DNA of 64,000 nt from Chrysomallon squamiferum. Its lineage: Eukaryota > Animalia > Mollusca. The notes below the pieces were generated by a model, which was not told the DNA's origin, ran no database searches, and saw nothing but the letters and a program-made list of their open reading frames with translations. Position numbers and translations under genes: made by a program. Of this stretch, positions 43,346-64,000 are shown one piece after another. The stretch is taken from the NCBI GenBank assembly GCA_012295275.1, contig CM022665.1, positions 16,182,001 through 16,246,000 of the forward strand. The letters run 5' to 3'. Numbering within the stretch: position 1 is the first letter of the stretch; every line of letters starts with the position of its first letter.

Positions 43346-43800
43346 AGTCCTCATATAGTGTCAGGTTTTGATCAATGGTCATTAAGCTAACGGCGTCAAT
43401 TGTACACTGTTCAGACAGGTACAAATTATTAGTTATTTCTCTAACATTTATTCGATATAATCACCATGGCATTGTCGCCTGTTATATACCTCGTTAAAAA
43501 AAAAAAAGAAGAAGAAGAAGAAAAAGAAAATAATAAAATCGAAAAAACAATATTAATAAATAATAAATAATAATAATATAAAAAATAATAGATATACAAG
43601 TAAATGATGATATTTGCTTCCTAAGTTATATCGATTTACAAGTGTTTTTAATAATTAAATAAACAGGAAAGAAAAAATTAATTTGTCAACTGTGTTGTAT
43701 TAAATGAAATAGTTAAATAAATGAATGAATTAATGAATAAATAAATAAACGATCAAGGAATATAATTAAACGCAATTCCAATGCAACAATAAACTGATAA

Positions 43801-43849
<49 letters not shown>

Positions 43850-44034
43850 TATAATAATAATAATAATAATAAGTAAATAAATAGATAAATAAATAAATAA
43901 AAATGTCTGCGACAAAATATATTTGTTTTTACCACGAGGACATATGATTTGAGGTCAAAATTAATATACGTTCTACTTTGTTTCTTTCGGTTCTTCTTCT
44001 TCTTCTTCTTCTTCATTAGAAGTTACTCAAACAG

Positions 44035-44100
44035 CTTCGACAGATCATTGGATGTACAGATAATAGCTGGGAGTTTTAAAATGCTTCACTGATTTAAAGC
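44035..44100. promoter_or_regulatory. Conserved non-coding block upstream of GPCR paralogue 2
   Basis: cgacagatcattggatgtacagataatagctgggagttttaaaatgcttcactgatttaaagc closely matches 57106-57168. Confidence 0.5.
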
Positions 44101-44586
44101 GTTTATCAGACAGATTAACTACAGATTAATGTCAATACCTGTATTTGTCATCTTTATAGTCTTTTGACATTTTTGCATGTCATTATTACTGTTGTGACTG
44201 CGGTTGTTGTTATCGTTAATAACAGCCTTTCTACTGCTATTACTGTTTATTTATTTATTATTATTGTTTTTGTTTGTTGATATTGTAGTTACATTTATTA
44301 TTATTATTGTTATTGTTGTTATTGTTATTATTATTATTGTTGTTGTTGGCTGATGTTGTAGTTGATACAGTTATTATTGTTGTTGTTGTTGTTATTTTAT
44401 TGTTGTATCTGTTACTGATATTGCAGTTTTATTGTTATCACTGTTATTATTGTTGTTGTTGCTGTTGTTATTGTTTGTTGATGTTGTAGTTGTTGCAGTT
44501 ATTATTATTTAAATAAAATAGTGACCGAAGTGAACGGAGCATTATTTAAACGTACGCTGAAGTAACAGTAAAAATGAACACTATTT

Positions 44587-45200
44587 CAAATAATTTATAC
44601 ATCAGTTTAATTAAGGTAGAGTAATATTCAGAACAGCAAAGTAAATAACTGGATGTAAAGTCAAATAGAATTTCTGTCAAAATGAAAACAAAATATATAA
44701 AATAATAATAAATAAATTAAATAAATAAAATTTAAAAAAACCCGGTTATAATTAAAAAAGAAAAAAAACCAAGAACGTGATCCTGATAATGAACTAATTA
44801 ATCGTGTATAAAATATCGATTAACACTTAATATTTCAGTTCTTAGCTCTTGTTGTTGTATCTACAGATGACGTCAAGTCACAACAATGTACAAAAACAAA
44901 CTACACATTCTCACATAGATACATTACACCTACATACAACAGCCATGTACTAATAGACGTGCGCGCGCGCGCACACACACACACACAGACACTAAAAAGG
45001 CACAATATTTAAAATTATTTATACTTCAGTTTAATTAAGGTAGAGTAATATTCAGAAGAGCAAAGTAAATAACTGGATGTAAATCAAACAGGATTTCTGT
45101 CAGTATGAAAAAAAAAAAAAAAATAAAATAAAATAAATAAATAAAAAATATAAAAGGTTAAAATTAAAAAAAGAAAAAGAAAAGAAAGAACGTGATGCTA
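44587..45200. repeat. Local direct duplication (about 190 bp x2)
   Basis: tcagtttaattaaggtagagtaatattcagaa.agcaaagtaaataactggatgtaaa...aagaacgtgat occurs at about 44590-44782 and again at about 45012-45197. Confidence 0.85.
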
Positions 45201-46109
45201 GTACAAAAACACACACACACACATTCCCAGTCGCAAGTATTTAGTCACACCTAAATATATATATATATGGAGTTACATCAAGAAAAACAAACCCAGAGAG
45301 ACCCTGAAATACGTACATACAACACTGAACTACGAAATGACTCTTAACCTCTAACGAGGAAAAACTGTTACCTAATGTATGTCGTTACAATGGGTTAATC
45401 TTCATTTAACAACATCCTTAACCAACGTGGATGCTTCTAAGTGTGATTAGTAATTACCCGTTTCGTTTATCCTGGTTATTAGATAATTAAACAATAATGA
45501 TCAGATCTGTGATATAAAGTAGATTATTATTATTTTAAAGCCTTAACGTATTTTAACGTATTCTTTTTGATGTTTTATCTGTAAAGATAGTTATCAGACA
45601 TAACTTATTTCATATATATTTATTTATATTTCGTAATATGTGACACTTGGTATATCATTATGATAACCAAAGTGTATAGTCACACGAATTCATAAAACAA
45701 CAACAACACCAAAAAAACACTGTTATATTTAAATACATGGCTATATTTAAGTCTATACATTGCCCCCCCCAAAAAAATAAAATAAATAAAAAATAAAAAA
45801 TGAAAATTAAATAAATGAATAAATAAATGAATGAATGAATGAATAAATAAATGAAATAAAATAAAATAAATAAAAAATAAATAATAAAAAATTAAAAAAT
45901 TAAAAATGAAAATGATTATAAAAAAATAATTATAAATGAATGGATGAATGAATGATTGAATGAATAAATAAAGAAGGAAAGAAAGCAAAAAGAAAGAAAG
46001 AAAATAAACATAAATACACATTAACAAACAAACACGATCATTATGAAATATACTGAAACAATATCCATGTTGAAATAACGTTAGTATCTAATTTCTGAAA
46101 GGCTGATCA

Positions 46110-55262
<9,153 letters not shown>

Positions 55263-56137
55263 TTTTACTAGTATCTGTGTTACAAGAGAACAGGCAGAAA
55301 TGAAAAGTAAATATATATTATCAGTTACCTCAGTCAGACAGTCAGTACTGTCTCACGCACTCACGCACTCACTCATCCCATTCATAAATAAATTATTAGC
55401 TTACACACCCACTCACTTGCTCACTTAGTCAATCACTCAGTCACTCGGTCCATCTAATCACTTACTTACTCACGCACACACCATTCATATGCATTTTAAT
55501 TTTAATTTTGTTATTATGTGTCGGTAATAAATTCTACTCTGTACTGTAATCCTACAGTTTATGAGAATAAAGTCATTGTCATTGTCATCTACACTTTAAC
55601 TTACTTAATCACGCAAACACTCCAACACCCATATATTACTTTACTCATCATTAACTGTCACAATTTACAAAACATAAACGAACAAAATCGAAAGCAACAG
55701 GAAGCATAAAAACGACTTACAGAAATAACTAAATAAGTAAATAAGTTAGTAAGTAAAAAAACAACAAAAAAACAATATATTATACACAAAGATAGAATAA
55801 GAAAATTACTGAAATTTCAAAACATCCTAAAGGTTTTTTCTTAAACTGTGTCGGATATCAAAGAATTTCGAAAAAAAAGAAGGAAAATCAAATAAAACCA
55901 TAATAAAATGCAAAACAAACAACAACAATAACAAAACATTCATGAACACTCGACATACGCTAAAAAAAAAAAAAAAAAAAAAAGCTTAAACAAAACAACT
56001 AGAGCTGTAATAATAATAATAATAATTAAAACTCTGTATCAAACACAAAAATAACAACAAAAAAAAAAAAAAAAAAAAAAAATAATAATAATAAAAAAAA
56101 ATAAAAAAAATTAAAAGCAAAAACATAAAAACAATAC

Positions 56138-56260
56138 CTTTTCATCACCATACTTAAAATCTATTTTCGACGAAATCAAAATAAAGTTTGTCTGGTTTGC
56201 TTCTGTTCTAACATTTCCGCTATCACTGTGGTTTTCGCACCTGTCCACTCAGTTTTATAA
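56138..56260 (-). promoter_or_regulatory. Putative TATA box and non-coding first exon of GPCR paralogue 3
   Basis: TATAAAA at 56259-56253 (minus strand) and donor AAG|GTATTG at 56138/56137. The ATG exon has an acceptor only 12 nt before the ATG, so an upstream exon is implied. The same donor sequence occurs at 43180 upstream of paralogue 2. Confidence 0.45.
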
Positions 56261-56690
56261 TCTGTCCTTCTAACGCTTGATTTAAACTAACTATTAATTT
56301 AATAACTTAATATTCTAAACCATTAGCAAGAAAATCAGCTACAAACCCCCTCTAATTCTGAATAGCCGCGTTTAATATGATCTTGTGAGGGTTTTGCGTC
56401 CATATTGCGTTTTAAAAGATAATAAATTATGAAATAATGACGTTCGCTTTTTATAAGGCTCGGCCAAAAATCAATGTGTACAAAGACATTTTTTTTTTAA
56501 CTGGCTACTTCGATCAGCTTTCTAAATATTAACATTAATAAGTTACTGATGATGCGTTTATTTTCCTTTGATATATTTATATTATTTTTGCCTTGCCGTT
56601 TACACGGTGTTTTCAAAATGTTTTTATTTTCGTATCTTTGTTAGTTATTCAATTAAATATAAATTTACCATTATTTGACATCCAGAGGTG

Positions 56691-56732
<42 letters not shown>

Positions 56733-57105
56733 TTGTATTTAAACACTGATTTATTATCAGGATTTTTTTTATTTTTTATTTATTTTTTATTATTGTTTTG
56801 CTTCAAAATAACGCAACGATTTTTTTTAAAAAAAAAAAAAAATAATAAAAAAATAACCCACAAAAAGCAACAAACAACGAACAAAATCATCAGGAACAAG
56901 AAACAAATTACTGCTGCTACTACTACGTATAAAAAAAAAAAAAAAAAAAATAATAATAATAATAATAATAATAATAATCTGATAATTATGATAACACTAA
57001 AAATAATTTATTTTGGCCGCAAAGGCTGATTTCTGAGAACAAAACTAATCTACACGCTTGTTTTCTTTTCATGTCACACGGAGTAAATTACAAGTTAATC
57101 AGTTC

Positions 57106-57168
57106 CGACAGATCACTGGACGTACAGATAATAGCTGACAGCTTTAAAATACTTCACTGATTTAAAGC
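57106..57168. promoter_or_regulatory. Conserved non-coding block upstream of GPCR paralogue 3
   Basis: Matches 44035-44100, in the same orientation and at a similar distance from the ATG. Confidence 0.5.
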
Positions 57169-57349
57169 CAAATAAACGCAGAAACTCCAATACCCACTTG
57201 CTTCTTTCTCAAACACACACATACATACACAGTGACAAATAAGCATACCCTCGCTGTTTCACACACGCACATACATAATCAAATGTATCCCTCTCTCTAT
57301 TTCAGACATAAATATACATACCTGTCTCTGTCTCTCTCTTTTAGATTTG

Positions 57350-57640
57350 CACACACACAGACATACACTCTCTCTTTCTTTCACAATACACACTCAAGCA
57401 CACACACAGACAGACACTCTCTCTCTTTCTTTCACAATACACACTCAAGCACACACACAGACATACTCTCTCTCTTTCTTTCACAATACACACTCAAGCA
57501 CACACACAGACATACACTCTCTCTTTCTTTCACAATACACACTCAAGCACACACACAGACAGACACTCTCTCTCTTTCTTTCACAATACACACTCAAGCA
57601 CACACACAGACATACTCTCTCTCTTTCTTTCACAAAACAC
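57350..57640. repeat. About 42-48 bp minisatellite, about 6 copies
   Basis: Repeated cacacacagacatactctctctctttctttcacaatacacactcaag. Confidence 0.9.
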
Positions 57641-57887
57641 ACACAAGTACATGCACAAACACATCACTTTCTCTCGTTCACATACTCGCCCACAACCACA
57701 CTCGCACATCAGAAATAAACAGACCGAAACAAGAGAACTATAGACGTGAACAACGGACACAGACACAGGTTCAGCCACCCACAAATAAAAATCACTTCAT
57801 CGATTGGTCCATACATCCTTCCATCCATTAATCAGTCTTTCTACCTGCCCATCACATGTTCTGTCTGTCCATCTCTTTATATTTCTG

Positions 57888-57926
<39 letters not shown>

Positions 57927-58067
57927 ACATACATACATACACACATACACACATACACACATACATACATACATACATACACACATACATACATACATAT
58001 ATACATACACACATACACACATACATATATACATACATACATACATACACACATACACATACATACA

Positions 58068-58101
<34 letters not shown>

Positions 58102-58423
58102 CATACACAAATACATACATACATACATACATACATACATACAAACATACACACATACATATACACACGCACAGAGTCTATTCAGACGTACATAAGACAG
58201 AGAATATTCAAAATCCTAAACTATATACATGCCAGTGCCAGGTTTCCCACAAAAAAATAGATGCACACAAAAAGCAACAAACAACGAACAAAATCAACAG
58301 GAACAAGAAACAAATTACTGCTGCTACTACTACTACTACTACTTATAAATTGACGAAAGACAAAGAACAGCGTACTTCGTGGGAAGCGATGATTACTCTC
58401 GGTTATTGAGCTACCTATTTTAA

Positions 58424-58630
58424 GGTTGTCTCGGTGGCCGAATGGTAACATCGTCCGCCATCGGAGTGCGACCGAAAGGGTGCCACACGTTCGAGTCTCG
58501 TCAGCGGCATCTGACAAGTTTGTGATGTCGTGATTGGACTTTGTCCTCCTGCGCCAGTGTGTTCCCGAACATTGTCTATGTGCAGAGTCTATTCATAAGT
58601 TAGAGAATATTCAAATCCTAAAATACATAG
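58424..58630 (+). mobile_element. tRNA-derived SINE copy, near full length
   Basis: ggttgtctcggtggccgaatggtaacatcgtccgccatcggagtgcg...cacgttcgagtctcgtcagcggcatctg...attcaaatcctaaaatacata. An extra 3'-end fragment lies at about 58170-58230. Confidence 0.85.
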
Positions 58631-59356
58631 ACACATGCGTACGTGCTCACGTCATACTTCATACTTTATTTCGGTATTTGTTTACCAGTCAAAACACAAA
58701 AGTACACAATTTTTACTATGTTGATTACTTAATTATCAACTTAGCCCTCCATTCACGAGTCAACATTGCCTTATTGTCTAATCTCTCTGTGCTCTGATTT
58801 ACACTGCGACCCGTTAATGCTTTATTAACGTCACTCGTAAGCAAATTAATAACGAACGTTGATGTGGGACCTCATTGCTCCCAGTGGCATTAGCAATGAC
58901 TAGTGACGTTTGTCGTACAGCTATTTACCATGTGACAAGAATAAAATTCTTTAGAAATCTTAATCTGTCATGAATGCATGATTTTCTGTTGGTTGCTTTT
59001 AACTTTCTTTTTTCTAAGTACAAAGCATTTTAAATTGTAATTCATTTATTTAACTCCAAGAAGAAGATTAAAAAAAAAGAAAAAAAAAAAAAAAAAAAAA
59101 AAAAGAAGAAATGAGCAAAGTAAACATAATTCTTAAGTAAAGCAGTATACTGACTTGAGCGACAATAACGAGACAAAGAATAATAAGTACTAATATGTAC
59201 AAACACAGCGTATCCAGTTTTTGATTCACGACATGCAAAACGCTAAAAGAAAATATCTTCACGTCCTGCCCTCTTTGTCTGTCTGTCTGTCCGTTTGTCT
59301 CTCACTTTCTCTCTTCTTCTCTCTCTCTCGCTAACTGTTTATATATATGTAAATAT

Positions 59357-59423
<67 letters not shown>

Positions 59424-60541
59424 ACTAGCTAGTTACCTAGATATTCAGATAGACAAAGGACAAATGGATGAATAAACAAGTAAAGACAGATAAATATGGA
59501 AAACAGACATAATGCTTTTTACATAGATATAAATATTTGACTGGGTATATAGGTGGATATGAGGAAGTATGGAAAACAAAGTGAAATTGTTGTAACGAAA
59601 TATAACGATTATGCATGGTAAAACAACAACAAAAAATAATTAACATGCTTTAATTATTCTTTAAATCAGTGATGACTTTCGAAATTGCTATGTTATTAAT
59701 TAAATAATCTGCTGTTTGTTCGGTTTACATCGTTAAAAAAAAAAAATAATAAAAAACTTGTTATAGTACCTTTATCGATCCTGGAAATTCTTTAAGTACT
59801 AAAACATAACAGCTTTTAACGCAGTTTTTAATGGCTTTATCTAGATGCAGTGGAAAAAATCGTTAAAGAAATATGATTTTATAGTAAATATATCGGACAA
59901 AGAACACTATTTAAGGAAACATATGTAGAGTTAAAAAGAGAAAAAGATCCTAAGATTTTGCAAGGAAGCTTTGTGAAACTAATTTAGTATTTTAATAAAT
60001 TTCACTCATGTTGATTTTCTGCGTGATTTCAGTCCGTGTGTGTGTGCGTATTTGTGTATGTATGTGTGTGTCTAGATGTATGCCTATATTCATACAATTA
60101 ACAATTAGCAGAGATTTTAATGTTTTTTTATTATTATTATTTTTTAATAATGAAAACAAAAGAACAAGGACTTGTTTTACATTTCATACAAATACCAGCT
60201 TTATAGTGCAAAGGATAAAACGACTGTTTGGTCGAATCGTTAGAATGAAAATCGAGTAGTAAGAACTGCAAAAAATTCAACCCATATTATCGTGATATTA
60301 ACTAATTTATTTTATGAGTGGAACAAAGCATATACCATCTGAATTATAACCCTGTGGTTTGCTGAAACAAGAGCTTGATTTGTACCCTGAACTTTTAAAA
60401 CAAAGGTATCAAATCTGGAGAAACAGTTTGTGGAGAAAATAATTTTTCGGTAACTTTATACAGACGAATAGATAGATAAGACAGATATATTGATAGATAG
60501 ACCGAAGAAAGACAGACAGACAGATAGATAGATAGATAGAC

Positions 60542-60578
<37 letters not shown>

Positions 60579-61644
60579 TATATATAGATAGATAGAATGA
60601 TAAAATGATAGATAGACAGAGGTTTTATTGCCACAGAAAAACAGCTGGAAACAACAGGGTGTGTGGCCCTGACTTTCCATGGCTTAGATTTTGTTATACA
60701 CAAACATACATAAAAATACAAGTACATATATACATACAAATGTAAACATATACAGACACATACATACTTATAGACAGATAAATACATTTAGACATACATA
60801 CACACTTACACATGCACATACATTCATAAATAGGCATACGCACATACGTATGTATAAATACATAAGTATAAAATATAGTGAACGGGAATAGAGAGATATG
60901 TAAAAAGAGAAAAAGTGAAAGATCATAAGGACATGAGATAATTTAAAAGTGATCTGGATTTACAAAAACAAATTATTTCTTTTAAATCTTATCTTTTATG
61001 TTTTCTTCCTTATTATTTATTTACTTATTTATTTAATTTATATATAGCTATTTTAATAATAAAAAAAATATATATATACGGTTTTTGTAAAATACAGATT
61101 GCAGTTTCAAATTTCTTTTAAAAATATATTTTACATTAATGGGTATCAAGTTTATAAAGTTACTCTTTCCATTATCTGTCACATCAAGAATAACAACATC
61201 TTTATTAAAACTGAAATAAATTCCTTTTTCATTTAATATCCATGTATGTATTTTATCCCATAAAAGATGGATTATATTGCATTCAAAAAATAAATGTTGT
61301 ATTGTTTCAGTACATCTACCATAATGTCTCTGGTAAAGCTAACACTATAATAAAAACGTGATTTAAAACGCCTGCCGTCCTCTAAACTTAATTATAATGT
61401 TGAAAACTAGTACTTCGGTTATTAAATTAATTGCATTTCTTCTTCGTCTTCTTCATCTTATTATTATTATTATTATTATTTTAATGTAAAAGAAAAAAAT
61501 TACCTTTCTAGTCGATATGTCTAAGTACTGAAAAGATAACTTCGAGAATATCTAAGGAAAACAACTCTTGACAAATTTACATTACTTTTTGAGAGGTTTC
61601 TGCTAGTCAGGAATTTAGTCTGTTGCTTATTCTATCAAAAAGGC

Positions 61645-63315
61645 CTCCACAGTATTGAATTTTCTATCAGTAAAACCTACAGAGTATTGAGTTTTCTGTC
61701 GGCAAAGCCTACAGAGTATTGAGTTTTCTGTCGGCAAAGCCTACAGAATATTGAGTTTTCTGTCGGTAAAGCCTACAGACTATTGAGTTGTCTGTCGGCA
61801 AAGCCTTTAGAGTATTGAGTTTTCTGTCGGCAAAGCCTACAGCGTATTGAGTTTTCTGTCGGCAAAGCCTTCAGAGTATTGAGTTGTCTGTCGGCAAAGC
61901 CTACAGAGTTTTGAGTTGTCTGTCGGCAAAACCTACAGATTATTGAGTTGTCTGTCGGCAAAGCCTACAGAATATTGAGTTTTCTGTCGGCAAAGCCTAC
62001 AGAGTATTGAGTTTTCTGTCGGTAAAGCCTACAGACTATTGAGTTGTCTGTCGGCAAAGCCTATAGAGTATTGAGTTTTCTGTCGGCAAAGCCTACAGCG
62101 TATTGAGTTTTCTGTCGGCAAAGCCTTCAGAGTATTGAGTTGTCTGTCGGCAAAGCCTACAGAGTTTTGAGTTGTCTGTCGGCAAAACCTACAGATTATT
62201 GAGTTGTCTGTCGGCAAAGCCTACAGAATATTGAGTTTTCTGTCGGCAAAGCCTACAGAGTATTGAGTTTTCTGTCGGTAAAGCCTACAGACTATTGAGT
62301 TGTCTGTCGGCAAAGCCTATAGAGTATTGAGTTTTCTGTCGGCAAAGCCTACAGCGTATTGAGTTTTCTGTCGGCAAAGCCTTCAGAGTATTGAGTTGTC
62401 TGTCGGCAAAGCCTACAGAGTTTTGAGTTGTCTCTCGGCAAAACCTACAGATTATTGAGTTGTCTGTCGGCAAAGCCTACAGAATATTGAGGTTTCTGTC
62501 GGCAAAGCCTACAGACTATTGAGTTTTCTGTCGGCAAAGACTACAGAGTATTGAGTTTTCTGTCAGCAAAGCCTACAGAATATTGAGTTTTCTGTCATAA
62601 AGCCTACAGAGTATTGAGTTTTCTGTCAGCAAAGTCTACAGAGTATTGAGTTTTCTGTCATAAAGCCTACAGAATATTGAGTTTTCTGTCAGCAAAGTCT
62701 ACAGAGTATTGAGTTTTCTGTCGGCAAAATCTACAGAGTATTGAGTTTTCTGTCGGCAAAGACTACAGACTATTGAGTTGTCTGTCGGCAAAGCCTACAA
62801 AGTATTGAGTTTTCTGTCGGCAAAGCCTTCAGAGTATTGAGTTGTCTGTCGGCAAAGCCTACAGAGTTTTGAGTTTTCTGTCAGCAAAGTCTACAGAGTA
62901 TTGAGTTTTCTGTCATAAAGCCTACAGAATATTGAGTTTTCTGTCAGCAAAGTCTACAGAGTATTGAGTTTTCTGTCGGCAAAATCTACAGAGTATTGAG
63001 TTTTCTGTCGGCAAAGACTACAGACTATTGAGTTGTCTGTCGGCAAAATCTACAGAGTATTGAGTTTTCTGTCGGCAAAGACTACAGACTATTGAGTTGT
63101 CTGTCGGCAAAGCCTACAGCGTATTGAGTTTTCTGTCAGCAAAGCCTACAGAGTATTGAGTTGTCTGTCGGCAAAGCCTACAGCGTATTGAGTTTTCTGT
63201 CAGCAAAGCCTACAGCGTATTGAGTTGTCTGTCGGCAAAGCCTACAGCGTATTGAGTTTTCTGTCAGCAAAGCCTACAGAGTATTGAGTTTTCTGTCATA
63301 AAGCCTACATTGAGT
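61645..63315. repeat. 32-bp tandem satellite (about 52 units) with 8-unit higher-order repeats
   Basis: Unit cctacagagtattgagttttctgtcggcaaag. Variant patterns recur every 256 bp (61773, 62029, 62285), and a different pattern recurs at 255 bp (62626, 62881). Confidence 0.97.
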
Positions 63316-64000
63316 CCTAGATCTCTTAGAGCTTCAGACTGTTGTGCTTTCGATCGATCAGATCTTTATATCGTTAAGCTTTCGAACTGTCATATCTTCA
63401 GACTACAGCGCTTTCGATTTATCATATATTTAGACTATTGCACTTTCGACCTATCAGATCTTTAGATCATTGTGCCTTCGACGTATCAGACGTTCGGAAT
63501 ATTGTGCTTCAAACTATCGTGAGACATTCAGATCGATCTTTCAGAGAAGTAGCGAAACAGCCTTTGGACAGCAGGCAGTCACAAATAAAGAATCGCAAAA
63601 TTAGTGAAAGCAAAACTAACTTAATAAAAAATATATATATATATATATATATATGCTCTTAACATTTAAGGCAGATATCCACCGTGTAGAAAACCGTAAA
63701 TAAATGATAATCCTGTCTTCATGTTCTCAGAGTCAAAATCTTTTGCATGAACCCTAAATCGATATACACGTGAAAATAAACAAGCGCACGTTTGGAATGC
63801 CAACGACCTGATAACGTATTACGTATAAACTGATACTTCATAAGAATTCACTTGATGACATATTCCAAACTACTAAGATCATCAACAATAACAGCCTGTT
63901 AATAAATAACCTACACGGTGAATTCAGAAATTACGTAATGACTTCTGTAATCGTAAACTTGTTTTTCTAATAGGTAAACAACCTAGAAATATCTATTAAA

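Noticed and set aside
58424-58510. tRNA gene
   Set aside because: It has A and B boxes but continues into a shared non-tRNA body and tail in three diverged copies, so it is a SINE head.
61504-61551. Possible 48-nt minus-strand exon (IFSKLSFQYLDISTRK) with good acceptor and donor
   Set aside because: No recognisable homology and no partner exons in the window. It could belong to a gene off the right edge but cannot be supported.
61645-63315. CRISPR-like array, or the repeated 62-aa Cys-containing ORFs
   Set aside because: The 32-bp units are head-to-tail with no unique spacers, there are no cas genes, and the context is eukaryotic. The ORFs are translations of the satellite.

Overview
This is AT-rich, microsatellite-dense animal DNA with spliceosomal introns. 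A lophotrochozoan, probably a mollusc, is my inference from gene content. Most supplied ORFs are simple-repeat artefacts. Splicing the minus strand by hand gives five intact genes. Three are tandem, 14-15 coding-exon class C GPCRs of the GABA-B receptor type (about 760, 729 and 726 aa). They lack key GABA-binding residues, the intersubunit latch and the coiled-coil tail, but keep GABA-B2-type G-protein coupling motifs, so they are a candidate orphan or chemosensory receptor cluster. Two are small secreted paralogues (signal peptide + TSP1 repeat + 4-Cys chitin-binding type-2 domain, about 137 and 132 aa) that the ORF track misses. The window also holds a precise intron loss, gene-conversion-like patches, tRNA-derived SINE copies, a Tc1 fossil, a probable hAT MITE and a 32-bp satellite with 8-mer higher-order structure. 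All alignments to known proteins are from memory, not database searches.
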